Shown: piece by piece, positions 1 to 9,288 of the stretch
Layout: the number at the start of each line of letters is the position of its first letter
Numbering within the stretch: the stretch's first letter is position 1
Position numbers and translations under genes: made by a program
Assembly (NCBI GenBank): GCA_958295745.1
Contig: OY282370.1
Span: 1,295,724-1,359,723, forward strand
DNA length: 64,000 nt
From: an uncultured Acidimicrobiia bacterium
GTDB taxonomy: Bacteria; Actinomycetota; Acidimicrobiia; Spongiisociales; Spongiisociaceae
Direction: 5' to 3'
Notes under the pieces: model-generated
Told to the model about the DNA's origin: nothing
What the model saw: only the letters and a program-made list of their open reading frames with translations
Databases searched by the model: none

Positions 1-2
1 AG

Positions 3-389
3 TACGCCTACCCGTTCGACTACAGCGAGACCGACTGGGAGCAGGCGCCGGTGGAGCTCCGCAACCAGATGGCCTTCATCGGGCGAGCCCAGCAGGGCGG
101 CGTCAAGGTAACGGCGGGCACCGACCTCACCAACCCGTTCGTGGTGCCGGGACACAGCATGCATGAGGAGCTGCGCCTGCTCGTGGAAGGCTGCGGTTTC
201 ACCCCTATGGAAGCCATCGTCGCCGCCACCGGCCGGGCGGCCGAGCTGCTGGGTCGGCAGGAGGATCTGGGCACGGTAGAAAAGCGCAAGCTGGCCGATT
301 TGGTGGTGCTCGACGGCGACCCGCTGGCGGACATCGGCAACACCCGGCGGATCACCGCCGTTTATAAGGGAGGCCGGGCCGTAGGGTAG
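3..389 (+). CDS. Amidohydrolase-family metal-dependent hydrolase, C-terminal fragment (5' end outside window)
   Basis: Open frame continues from base 3 to TAG at 387-389. The C-terminal residues (..GHSMHEEL..DLVVLDGDPLADI..) are typical of the amidohydrolase superfamily C-terminus. Confidence 0.55.
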   Translation, partial: YAYPFDYSETDWEQAPVELRNQMAFIGRAQQGGVKVTAGTDLTNPFVVPGHSMHEELRLLVEGCGFTPMEAIVAATGRAAELLGRQEDLGTVEKRKLADLVVLDGDPLADIGNTRRITAVYKGGRAVG

Positions 390-691
390 GAGGTCGGCGG
401 GCCTTCACCGGATCCCGGGCCGAGTCCGCAGGCGGGTTTGATGCGGCGGCCCCCAGAGAACCTCTCCGACGGGAGGGCGGCCCGCCCTTGCTCTCCCCTC
501 CGTCGCGCCGAGTCCTGCCGGGCTTTCTATCTCCTACGCCGTCGAACGACCCTGCCTCGCCCTGCCGGACCGAATCCGCCCAACCCGCCTGTCCCTGCCC
601 TGTTCGACGTTCTTTCCGCCCCCGGACATCCGAGGACCCGGGGAAATGGACGGAGTAACCATTCACGGCTCAGGGACAGACAGTCAGGACC

Positions 692-978
692 CGTTTTTCG
701 CGTTCTCCGCCCAAAACCTCCGGCTTCGCCGGGCCCTGCCCCCGCCGCCACCGATCCACCGTCTTCGGGCCGCCGGGGGCGTGTCCGCCCGGCTTGTGCC
801 CGATCCGTCTCAGCACAGCTAGTCCGACCGCCCCCGCCCCTTGGAGGCCCGCCCGGGAAGATGACCGAAGGGTCGGCGCCTCTGGGCCGGGGAGTGGTCT
901 TCTATGACCCCAGTGATCCGCGGAGCCACTGGAATATCTGTTATCCAACACTATACACCCTACCTATGACAATTTCAA
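692..978 (-). ncRNA. Candidate promoter-driven structured RNA/leader element, copy A (orphan, transcribed leftward)
   Basis: Minus-strand -35 TTGAAA (973-978), 17-nt spacer, -10 TATAGT (950-955). Downstream hairpin CCAGTGG..CACTGG, then GGTCATAGAAG, then a conserved core ending CGTTTTTCGCGTTCTC at 692-707 (plus-strand representation). Roughly 85-90% identical to copy B over the core by eye. Confidence 0.4.
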
Positions 979-1032
979 TACCCTTGTTCTCCATCCTCGG
1001 TTTCTGCTTGGAGGGAAATCCGCAGGGGGTGC

Positions 1033-1908
1033 TCAGCCGGAGACGATCCGGATCGGTGCGCCCATCGCCTCCTGGGGGTGGATATCTATGACCCCACTCA
1101 CTTCCCTGACTAACCGGACCCCGTTGCGGCGCAGCACGGAGGAGGTTGCCGCTAGATCCGCCGAAGACAGGACCAGCCGGTCGGGACCCGGCAGCCATCG
1201 ATCCGGTCTGGAGGCGGCGGGGTGATCCGGTTCGGGGGCGGGTGCGTAGATATCCAAGACAAAGCGCCCGAGGCGGCAGCACCAGTGAAGGCCTTCCATG
1301 ATCCAGCATCCATCCGCCAGCCCCAACCCCTGCTCGCAGATGCGCACCGCCGCCTCCACATCGTCCACCCGCAGGCTGATCCCGGCCACTCCCCCCACCC
1401 GATTTTGATGGCGCCAGGAAGGGTGTCCGCCGCCGCCGCCGCCCGCCGTCAGCTCCTCCTCCCCGGTGATCCAGTCGATCAGATAAGGCCACGGCTTGCG
1501 CCACGGGGAGCCGCCCGGCACTACCAGCCGCCACTCCACCAGCCCTCCGTCCGGCCGCATCCTGTTCATGTAGAAGGGGTCGGCGGTCTCGATGCCCAGC
1601 GCCCTGAACCGGGCCGCTTCCCGATCCAGACCGGATCCGGCCAGCACGTAACCCGCCAGGCCCGCCCCCCGGCCTGCCAGGAAGTCCACCAGGTCGGCCC
1701 CGAACCGTCCGGCGGCCCGCGCCCGATCCGGGTCTTCCACGGCCAGCAGCTCCAGGTAGTCGAGGCCGAAGCGGACGATGGCGTTGCGGGTGCCGAGCGA
1801 AGGGTGGCGCCCGCCTGCTTCCACCTCGAAACCGAGCCTGCGGAAGGCCGACATCCCCGCCTCCAGATCGGTCATGGCGACCACCGCATGGTCGAAACGT
1901 ACGATCAT
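1033..1908 (-). CDS. VOC-family (glyoxalase/bleomycin-resistance/dioxygenase) two-domain protein
   Basis: ORF 1033-2157. Internal ATG at 1908 gives MIVRFDHAVVAMTDLEAG.., a typical VOC N-terminus. The region upstream of that ATG is low-complexity. Confidence 0.55.
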   Translation of the reverse strand: MIVRFDHAVVAMTDLEAGMSAFRRLGFEVEAGGRHPSLGTRNAIVRFGLDYLELLAVEDPDRARAAGRFGADLVDFLAGRGAGLAGYVLAGSGLDREAARFRALGIETADPFYMNRMRPDGGLVEWRLVVPGGSPWRKPWPYLIDWITGEEELTAGGGGGGHPSWRHQNRVGGVAGISLRVDDVEAAVRICEQGLGLADGCWIMEGLHWCCRLGRFVLDIYAPAPEPDHPAASRPDRWLPGPDRLVLSSADLAATSSVLRRNGVRLVREVSGVIDIHPQEAMGAPIRIVSG

Positions 1909-1994
1909 TCCCGCCTCCTCCACTCCGCTTGCCCGGCGGTGACGGTACGCCCGCCGCCCGCCGTTGCTGTAATACGGGAGCGCTCCTCTGGTCC

Positions 1995-3026
1995 TTACCG
2001 GCCGCCCGCCAGCGCAGGCAGCACCTCTTCGGTCACCCTTCGGAACTGCGCCGCCTCGTCGCGGCCGGCCAGCCGCAGGGTGATGGTGGTGGCCCCCGCC
2101 TCTACGAAGCGGCGGATCCGGGCGGCGCACCGCTCGGGATCCCCGACCGCCGCCCACCGATCCAGGAACCCCCGGTCGTATTCCACCCCGTAGTATTCGG
2201 CCAGGTAGGAGGCGACTTCTTCCATGCCCCGGGCGCGGTCGTCGGTGACGTATATGTTGTAGTACAAGCAGGCCTCGAATCCAGCCCCGATTGGGCGGCC
2301 TTCCTCGGCGGCGTAGCGGCGGATGTCCGCCAGGTTAGCCGCGAAGCTGTCCGGCGTGTTGGCTGTGGTCATCCAACCGTCGCCCAGCCGGGCTACCCGC
2401 CGCAGCGCCCGCTCCGCCAGCTTCGGGAAGGCGGGGTTGGGGTTGGCGGTCACCCAGATCGGCAGGGGCTGCTGCACAGGACGGGGCAGCACGGTCACCC
2501 CTTCGAAGCGGTTGTAGGTGCCTTCGTAGGAGGCGTTCTCGGTGGTGGACACCAGGCGCAGCACCTCGATAGCCTCCTCCATCCGCCGGCTCCTCGTGGA
2601 GGGGTCGATCCCGAAGGCGGCGAATTCCTCTTCGAACCGCCCTCCCCCCGCTCCCCGCTGCCCCTGGCAGGCCGCGAATATCGACCGGCCCCCGGAGAGA
2701 TGATCGAAGCTGAGCCACTGGTAGGCCATCAGCAACGCGTCCCGCAGCGGAGTGCTGGCCATACATCCCACTCCCAGCCGGACCCGTTCGGTGAGGGCCG
2801 CCAGCGCACCGAGGGCCACGAACGCGTCCAGCCTCGGTTTGGCGAAGATCGAGTCGCCCAACCAGACCGAGTCCCACACCTCGGCGGCGTCGGCTTCGGC
2901 GGCCAAGGCCAGCATCTCCTCCACCGTGGACATCCCCAGCAACACGCTGCGGTTCGACAGGGTGAGCCCGTACTTGGCCCTGCCTCCGTTCCGACCCTCC
3001 ACCTCTGGTACCTCCTGTTCGGACAT
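1995..3026 (-). CDS. LLM-class (luciferase-like) flavin/F420-dependent oxidoreductase
   Basis: ORF 1995-3068. ATG at 3026 is preceded by AGGAGG. Protein motifs (..VWLGDS..TERVRLGVG.., ..ITLRLAG..) match luciferase-like monooxygenases. Confidence 0.65.
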   Translation of the reverse strand: MSEQEVPEVEGRNGGRAKYGLTLSNRSVLLGMSTVEEMLALAAEADAAEVWDSVWLGDSIFAKPRLDAFVALGALAALTERVRLGVGCMASTPLRDALLMAYQWLSFDHLSGGRSIFAACQGQRGAGGGRFEEEFAAFGIDPSTRSRRMEEAIEVLRLVSTTENASYEGTYNRFEGVTVLPRPVQQPLPIWVTANPNPAFPKLAERALRRVARLGDGWMTTANTPDSFAANLADIRRYAAEEGRPIGAGFEACLYYNIYVTDDRARGMEEVASYLAEYYGVEYDRGFLDRWAAVGDPERCAARIRRFVEAGATTITLRLAGRDEAAQFRRVTEEVLPALAGGR

Positions 3027-3176
3027 CAGCGCCCACCCGCCGCCGCCCGGAATCCTAACCCCCGGCACTGGGAAGCTGGCGGCCCGGGCTCAGGAAGGCG
3101 GCTTCCGGAACAGGCTGCCAAGCCGTCGAACCCTCTACTCCTGCCAAGAAAATGGGCGTAAACCGGAACAAGGGTA

Positions 3177-3545
3177 TTGTTGTTGTCACATCAATGCTGT
3201 ATAGTGTTGGATAACAGACCCCGCAGCGGTCCGGAAGCTGCGGTCATAGAAGTCGTCCCATCCACAGAGACGCCGTCGCTTCGGACAGGTTACGGCGGCG
3301 GTCCGGAATGGGCAGGACGGTTGAACTTGCTGTGCTGAGACGGATCGGGCACGGGGCCGGGCGAGCACGCCCCCCGCGGCCCGAAGACGGTGGATCGGTG
3401 GCGGCGGGGGCAGGGCCCGGCGAAGCCGGCAAGTTTCGGGCGGAGAACGCGAAAAACGATTCTGGGCCGGTACATCTGGTCGTCTCGGCGGCCCGATTGC
3501 GAAATAGTTCTCTTACCAGAACAGGCTGGTCCACCGGCCCGGATC
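3177..3545 (+). ncRNA. Candidate promoter-driven structured RNA/leader element, copy B (orphan, transcribed rightward)
   Basis: -35 TTGTTG (3177-3182), 17-nt spacer, -10 TATAGT (3200-3205). Hairpin CCGCAGC..GCTGCGG co-varies with the copy A hairpin. GGTCATAGAAG follows, then the core GCTGTGCTGAGACGG...GAGAACGCGAAAAACG (3329-3458). Confidence 0.4.
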
Positions 3546-3566
3546 GACTATTCGTAAAGGCTTGGC

Positions 3567-5150
3567 TTACGGGCCTTGCCCCCGGCCGGCGCGTCGGTCG
3601 GCGAAGACTCCTATGCGGCGCACCAGCCGGGCGGCGGTCACGGTGCGGGAGCGCTGCAGATCGGCCGCCGCCCGGCCGTGCCAGTAGGCGGCCGAGCGGG
3701 CGGCGGTAGGACCGTCCAGGCCCGCCGCCCAGAAGGCGCCTATCATCCCCGCCAGCACGTCACCGGTGCCGATGGTGGCCAGCTCCGGGCCGCCCGTGGT
3801 AACCGCCCACCGCTGCGGGGGCGGCCCCATCACGAAGGTGGGGTCGCCTTTCAGCAGCACGGTCACCCCCAAGCCGCGGGCCAGGCGGTCGGCCTCCTGA
3901 TATGTAGCGGGTCGGCCCGCCAAGCGAACGAACTCCCGTGCGTGGGGAGTTATGACGATCTCGCTGCCTTTCCCCGCCAGGTCCGCCGGGCGGCCGGACA
4001 GGGCGTTCAACCCGTCGGCGTCCACCAGCAACGGCCCTTGCCGACCCGCCAGCACTTCCTTCACGAAACCGTGGACGCCGGGCCCGGACCCCATCCCCAT
4101 CCCCAGCACCATCACGTCGAAGCGGTCGGCCAGCTCCAACACCTCGGCGGCGTCCGCAGGCTCGAACGACCCGGCGCCGCCGACCTCCCCTACAGCCCTG
4201 GTCATCACCTCCGCGGCCGAGACCCTCGCCTCCACCGAGGACGGGCAGGCGATCATCACCGCCCCGGCCCCGGCCCGCAGGGCGGCCCGCCCGGCCAGGG
4301 TCACCGCCCCGTCGATCCCGGCCGACCCTCCCACCACCAGCACGGATCCCGCCGACCACTTGTGGGCGGTCCGCCGCCGCACAGGAAGGGGGGCGTCGCC
4401 TTCCTCGCACAGCCGCAGTTCCGGCGCCACCTCGGGCAGGCCTATGTCGGCCACCGTCACCTCCCCGCACAGGTCGGGGCCCTCCCCGATCAGATGCCCG
4501 ACCCGGTAGCCGCCGAAGGTCACGGCGGCGTCGGCTCTCAAGACCCCCTCGGCGGCCATCCCGGTGGCGGCGTCCAAACCGGAAGGCACATCCACCGCCA
4601 GCACCTCGACCGACGCCCCTGCCGTTCCCGACCTGCCCGCCTCGACGGCCCGCTCCCACACCGAAAGGTCGGGCATCCTCCCCCCGGCCCGGAACCCGCC
4701 CCCGAACAGGGCGTCGATGACCAGGTTGTAACCGCCCCCCGGCCTCCCCGCCTCGTCTTCGCCGGCAACCCCCCTCACATCCGCCCAGGACCGTATGGCA
4801 ACACCGGCCAGCGCCGCCCTCCTCCTGGCCCATCGCGCCGGCCCGGTCTTCGGCTCAACCAAGGGATACACATCCACCATCGTCCCCCGCCCGGCCAGAT
4901 ATCCGGCCGCTACATAACCGTCCCCGCCGTTGTTGCCCGGACCCGCCAGCACCGCCGCCCGCCGCCCGTAGCCCGCCGCACCCAACCGCACAGCCTCCAG
5001 CGCAACCGCCATCCCGGCCCGGTCCAGCAACGTCAGCTCGTCGTCCTCGGCCAGAGCATCCTGGCGGCGTGACTGCTCGGGGGTAAGCACCGGTTTCACC
5101 GAGCACCCGTCCGGCTTCCCGACAAGGCCCGACACAAGGCCGCCCCGCAT
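3567..5150 (-). CDS. nnr: Bifunctional NAD(P)H-hydrate repair enzyme Nnr (YjeF_N epimerase + ADP-dependent dehydratase)
   Basis: GPGNNGGDG motif in the N-terminal half and a carbohydrate-kinase-like C-terminal half. Start is ambiguous: ATG at 5150 or GTG at 5099. The ORF as drawn extends to 5345. Confidence 0.7.
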   Translation of the reverse strand: MRGGLVSGLVGKPDGCSVKPVLTPEQSRRQDALAEDDELTLLDRAGMAVALEAVRLGAAGYGRRAAVLAGPGNNGGDGYVAAGYLAGRGTMVDVYPLVEPKTGPARWARRRAALAGVAIRSWADVRGVAGEDEAGRPGGGYNLVIDALFGGGFRAGGRMPDLSVWERAVEAGRSGTAGASVEVLAVDVPSGLDAATGMAAEGVLRADAAVTFGGYRVGHLIGEGPDLCGEVTVADIGLPEVAPELRLCEEGDAPLPVRRRTAHKWSAGSVLVVGGSAGIDGAVTLAGRAALRAGAGAVMIACPSSVEARVSAAEVMTRAVGEVGGAGSFEPADAAEVLELADRFDVMVLGMGMGSGPGVHGFVKEVLAGRQGPLLVDADGLNALSGRPADLAGKGSEIVITPHAREFVRLAGRPATYQEADRLARGLGVTVLLKGDPTFVMGPPPQRWAVTTGGPELATIGTGDVLAGMIGAFWAAGLDGPTAARSAAYWHGRAAADLQRSRTVTAARLVRRIGVFADRRAGRGQGP

Positions 5151-5487
5151 ACCTCGGCGCCATCGCTTCGAGTTCCTGCCCTGCGCCCCTTCATCACAGC
5201 GGTTCGCAGTCGGCGGTCGTCGTTCATTCGCTCCGTCTCCTTCCCGAGAACGAACCTCACAGCACCGGGTTCTCCATCCCGCGCAAAGCCGCTCCGCAGA
5301 ACGCCCCTCCTCTCCGCCTTGCTCGGAGGTCGAACACAGCTCCACTCCAAGATAGCGAACAGCATCGATCTATCTTCTGACAACGTATGCGGCGGGGGCC
5401 ACGGTTTCGAAACCTCGGACAGACAGAGCGAACCGCAACCCGCGAAAATCCCCGCCGGAATCCCTTACCCGGCATCCCCGACCGCAG

Positions 5488-6708
5488 TCAGCGGCGGAGC
5501 TCCTCCAAACGGTCCTCCATGGTCGCACGCAGGCGGTCGGTGACGGGCGGGTCGAAGCCGATATCGGAGGTTCGCTCGATCCAGACGGCGGCCTTGTCGC
5601 ACAGCGCGGCGATCTTGCGGGCCGCCAAGCGGGGCGGCAGGCCGAGGGATTCGGCGAAGCGTATCCAGTCGGATCCCCTGATGCGGTTGCGGCGGCCGTC
5701 CACGTGTAAGGCCTGCAGATCGTTCGGGATATAGGGGCTCGTGCTGATCAGGTCGTACACCGGGGTCGGCTCCACCATCTGCTGAGCAGGCAGCCAACGG
5801 ACGCTGATGTTCTTGGCGTGCATGTCCCCGTTGGCGATCAGATACGAAAAGGCGGCCAGCCGAACCAGCTCCAGCGCCGCCGGTTTCGGGGCCGACGCCA
5901 CCGCCGTCACCGCCCCCGCGGCCTGCCGCAACGACAGGCGGTACTTGTCGGCGGGCCATCGTCCGGCCAGCTGGCACACGTCCTCTTGGGCGAGGCGCAC
6001 CACCCGCTCCCCTTCCCGCACCCGGTCGAACCGCTCCACCAACAGCCCGGAAACCCCGTCTCGGTCCTCGACGACCTTGTGCGGAGGCACCCGGAAACCG
6101 CACCCTTCGGCCATCCCCAGAAAAAAAGCCTCGTTCTCCACGAGCCGCGGATAGAGCGGCGGGGTCAGTTTCAGGATGGCCGGCCCGCCCCCGATCTCCG
6201 CCGGAAAGGAAATCAACCCATCTGACAGCTTGTCCTGCACACCGGGGAGAGCCGTATCCAGCTGCGGGTCGGAAACCGCCACCGAGCGGGCGAACAGCTC
6301 TCGGAACGACACCCCGCCTGGATCAGACACCCCCGACCCTTCCCCCGGATCGCGGGGCCGCTCCCCGACCGGAACCACCGTGACGTTGCCCACCGTATCC
6401 CCGCCAACAGCCAGCAACAAAGACAGCTCGTCGTCGAGGGAAGTCTTGACCGCCCTGACAACCGCCTGCAGCCGCACTCCCTCCGGCAGGAGCCCGGCGA
6501 AGAAGGCCGGCACCGACCCGCCCGCCGTGATATACGGCTCGTCGCGGACCGGCAAGGTAGAAGCCACCCCCCGATAGCCGCCCCGCCTGTAGGAAGGGTC
6601 GTAGTCGAACTCGACATGATCAGGCCGCCGCCGCAGCCGTCCGGCCAGGATGCCGCCCTGATAGACATCGGCCGCATCTACCGAAGCTATTTCTGCCGGG
6701 TCGATCAT
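5488..6708 (-). CDS. hipA: HipA-family Ser/Thr kinase toxin
   Basis: N-terminal GNVTVVPVG, P-loop-like LPGVQDKLS and the catalytic LIANGDMHAKNISV motif (D-x-H-x-K-N). The ATG at 6708 overlaps the hipB stop (ATGA). Confidence 0.75.
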   Translation of the reverse strand: MIDPAEIASVDAADVYQGGILAGRLRRRPDHVEFDYDPSYRRGGYRGVASTLPVRDEPYITAGGSVPAFFAGLLPEGVRLQAVVRAVKTSLDDELSLLLAVGGDTVGNVTVVPVGERPRDPGEGSGVSDPGGVSFRELFARSVAVSDPQLDTALPGVQDKLSDGLISFPAEIGGGPAILKLTPPLYPRLVENEAFFLGMAEGCGFRVPPHKVVEDRDGVSGLLVERFDRVREGERVVRLAQEDVCQLAGRWPADKYRLSLRQAAGAVTAVASAPKPAALELVRLAAFSYLIANGDMHAKNISVRWLPAQQMVEPTPVYDLISTSPYIPNDLQALHVDGRRNRIRGSDWIRFAESLGLPPRLAARKIAALCDKAAVWIERTSDIGFDPPVTDRLRATMEDRLEELRR

Positions 6709-6923
6709 TTGCCCGCCCCCGGATAACGCGGACGGACCGCCGGTTCCAAGCCGACCGTCTCGCAGATCGCCTGCAGGTTGCGGAGCGTGACCGAAGCCGT
6801 CCCCCGCTCCACGCTCCATACCAACCGCCTGCTCACCCCGGCCAACTCCGCCGTATCCTCCTGTGTCAGCCGCAACATCCGCCTCCGCCGCCGGATTTCC
6901 GCTCCGATCTGTTCCGCATTCAT
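6705..6923 (-). CDS. hipB: XRE-family HTH antitoxin HipB
   Basis: 72 aa protein with an HTH (LRLTQEDTAELAGVSRRLVWSVERG). Its stop overlaps the hipA start. Confidence 0.7.
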   Translation of the reverse strand: MNAEQIGAEIRRRRRMLRLTQEDTAELAGVSRRLVWSVERGTASVTLRNLQAICETVGLEPAVRPRYPGAGK

Positions 6924-6945
6924 CCGAGAGCCCGCATACGCAATA

Positions 6946-6989
6946 TATGTAACATAAGGGCTATCTTACCGCCGAGCGCCTCCTGTCAA
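6946..6989 (-). promoter_or_regulatory. Putative hipBA promoter and operator
   Basis: Minus-strand -35 TTGACA (6984-6989), 15-nt spacer, -10 TAAGAT (6963-6968). An 11-bp perfect palindrome TATGTaACATA at 6946-6956 lies over the predicted transcription start. A second ATATGT half-site is at 6995-7000. Confidence 0.35.
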
Positions 6990-7118
6990 AGCCTATATGT
7001 GATAGATACGTAACTTTCCTTCTGGTCGTCAGGAGTGCTCGGCCCCCTTTGACATGCACCACACCCGACCATCAGGTATTCCCACCAGGGGGCAACGTCC
7101 CCGGTTGTCACAAACCAG

Positions 7119-9254
7119 CTAGGCGTTGTCGTAGATTCTCACGTTGGACAGCTCGAAGCTGTTGCGGACCGACCGGTCGGCGCTGTAGCTGTGGAACGAC
7201 ACCCGGGTGTAGTTGCCCGACCGCAGGGCCGCCTCGAACTCGGCCAGGGTACGATCCCTGCCGTCCACCGTGAACACGTCGTTCGAGTCATAGCGGACCA
7301 ACGCGGGGAACCCCGGATTCAGCACTATCAAATCGTCGTTCACGTCACTGGCCAGAAGCTCGGCCCCCAAGGATCCGGACTCGTTGTGCGGCACCGCCCA
7401 ATGGTGCCGTATCCGCTCGGCCCGCACCCTGGAGTCCGGCACCTGGACGGTTATGGTTTCCGACCCCGGGGTGGTCCCATCCCGCAGATACCTCAAAAGA
7501 GCCGCCCCCTGCGAGTCGGTGACCCTGCTCTTGGCCACCGAACCCACTCCCCGGCTGTCATCGGACGTGAACTCCAGCCTGACGCCCTCCACCGGGTCCC
7601 CGTACTGATCCGTCAGGACTGCCGTCACCAGGTGGGCCACCCCCGGCCCGGCCGCCGACACCAGGTGATAGGCCCGCCCCTGGCTCAACTTCAGCTCCGA
7701 GGGCCGGGCTTCCTCCTCCACCCAGCGGAGAAGAGCATTCTCCCCGGTCAGCACCCTGGACACCGTCCGGTCCACCACCTCCCGCCCCGGCGCCGACACC
7801 TCCATGACCAACGCCGCCCAGTCATCCCCCGACTGCGAAGAGGTATCCGGATCCTGTTGGCGGAAGGTGAGGCTCACCCGGCCGAAGCGGTCGGTGGGGT
7901 AGGTCTTTATCTCCGTCCGGCCCGTAACACCCCCCACGTCGATCCTGCTGGAGACCCGCACCCCCACCCCGCCTTCCGTCACCGGACTGCCGGTATCGTC
8001 CACCAGCTGCATGGTGAAGGTCACCGAATCCCCCAGCCGCAGCCGGCTGGCCCCCCTGCGCATGTCGTCCTCGACCACCAGCGAAGCCGAAGGCCGGGAG
8101 ACGGCTATTTCGAGCTGGCCGGCCTCGGTCACCCCGTCCCGGTAGATATCGTTGTGGGCGCCGGTCCAAGCCCAGAAGACGGTGCTCTCGGAGAGCTCTA
8201 CGGCAACAAACACGTTGCCCAAGTCGTCGGTGCGCCTATCCAGCCGGTCGATCTGGCAAATCTGCCCGGTGGGCACTGCGCTCACCTCCCTGGTGCAGTT
8301 CCCCCTGGCGTCGAAGGCCACATCCCATCTCCTGAGGGAGATCGAAAAGATATCCAAGGGGACCGCCGCCACCGACCTGCGGTCCTGGTCCCTGACCGAG
8401 AAATGCAGGTTGATGGTGTCCCCGGCGGGCACGGACGACCGGCCCGACCTGTCCACCTGGATGGTTACCCCCGCCGGCCGGGCGTTGCTGTGGTTCAGCG
8501 CCCGGGCGATGAACAACGCCATCTGACTCCGGCTCACCCGCTCGTTAGGCGAGAACCGGCCCTCCGAGGTGCCGGAGGTGACCCCCATCTCATAGAGGAC
8601 CATGATCGCCTGCTCGACGGCCCCGGACAGCGGGCTTATATCTTCGAACACCGTGTCGTCCGGCGCCACCTCGCTTACCTCGACCCCGCCCTCTCCGATC
8701 GGGATCTCCCCCAGGAACCGATACAGGAACAAGGCCATCTGCTGGCGGGAAACCGGCCCGTAGGGCGAGAACCGGCCCTCCCCGGTGCCCCTGGTGATCC
8801 CCAGCTGGGCCAGCCGGTTGACGGCTTCCCGGGTGGACGGTCCCAGAGTCCCGATATCCTCGAATCCCTGGTCCCGGGCTTCCGGCAGCGCCAACCCGGC
8901 CGCCTCCGCCGCCCGCACCAGGAACAACGCCATCTGCCAACGGCTAACCGAGTTGCCGGGCGAGAAGGCGCCCGACGAGGTCCCCTTGGTTATTTTATAG
9001 TAGGCCAGGCAGTTGATGGCGTCCTCGGCAAAGATGTCAGCGGTGTCCACAAAGCCCGCCGGGGTAGTCGCCGCCGCCCCCACACATGCCGAATAGCGGG
9101 CGGTGTTGTCAGGCTCGCCGTCCACCGCCATGGCCGGGCCCGCCCCCGGTCCGAACGGCCCTACCGCGCCGACCGCCAACAGCGCCGCGGCCAGCATGAC
9201 CCGCCCGGCCCGCACCGGCCGCGCCCGAACGGCCGAGGCCCCAACCAACTTCAT
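7119..9254 (-). CDS. Secreted cell-surface protein with three N-terminal SLH domains and Ig-like repeats
   Basis: Signal peptide after ATG at 9254. Three S-layer-homology repeats (..RWQMALFL.., ..RQQMALFL.., ..RSQMALFI..) are followed by beta-rich repeats. Confidence 0.7.
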   Translation of the reverse strand: MKLVGASAVRARPVRAGRVMLAAALLAVGAVGPFGPGAGPAMAVDGEPDNTARYSACVGAAATTPAGFVDTADIFAEDAINCLAYYKITKGTSSGAFSPGNSVSRWQMALFLVRAAEAAGLALPEARDQGFEDIGTLGPSTREAVNRLAQLGITRGTGEGRFSPYGPVSRQQMALFLYRFLGEIPIGEGGVEVSEVAPDDTVFEDISPLSGAVEQAIMVLYEMGVTSGTSEGRFSPNERVSRSQMALFIARALNHSNARPAGVTIQVDRSGRSSVPAGDTINLHFSVRDQDRRSVAAVPLDIFSISLRRWDVAFDARGNCTREVSAVPTGQICQIDRLDRRTDDLGNVFVAVELSESTVFWAWTGAHNDIYRDGVTEAGQLEIAVSRPSASLVVEDDMRRGASRLRLGDSVTFTMQLVDDTGSPVTEGGVGVRVSSRIDVGGVTGRTEIKTYPTDRFGRVSLTFRQQDPDTSSQSGDDWAALVMEVSAPGREVVDRTVSRVLTGENALLRWVEEEARPSELKLSQGRAYHLVSAAGPGVAHLVTAVLTDQYGDPVEGVRLEFTSDDSRGVGSVAKSRVTDSQGAALLRYLRDGTTPGSETITVQVPDSRVRAERIRHHWAVPHNESGSLGAELLASDVNDDLIVLNPGFPALVRYDSNDVFTVDGRDRTLAEFEAALRSGNYTRVSFHSYSADRSVRNSFELSNVRIYDNA

Positions 9255-9288
9255 CGGCCCGAGCCGCCGTCTCGATGCCTCCATCGTC

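Noticed and set aside
3329-3345. A GCTGAGA word in the element core resembles the TPP-riboswitch CUGAGA box
   Set aside because: The other TPP riboswitch hallmarks are absent (GGGGUGC 5' stem partner, ACCC...GAACCUGAUC.GG.UAAUACC). The copies are also not upstream of thiamine genes.
3576-5072. Long plus-strand ORFs (3576-5072 and 3952-4509) and a minus-strand ORF at 3760-4833
   Set aside because: They are alternative frames or antisense of nnr, with extreme Gly/Arg/Pro bias. nnr is the frame with recognisable motifs.
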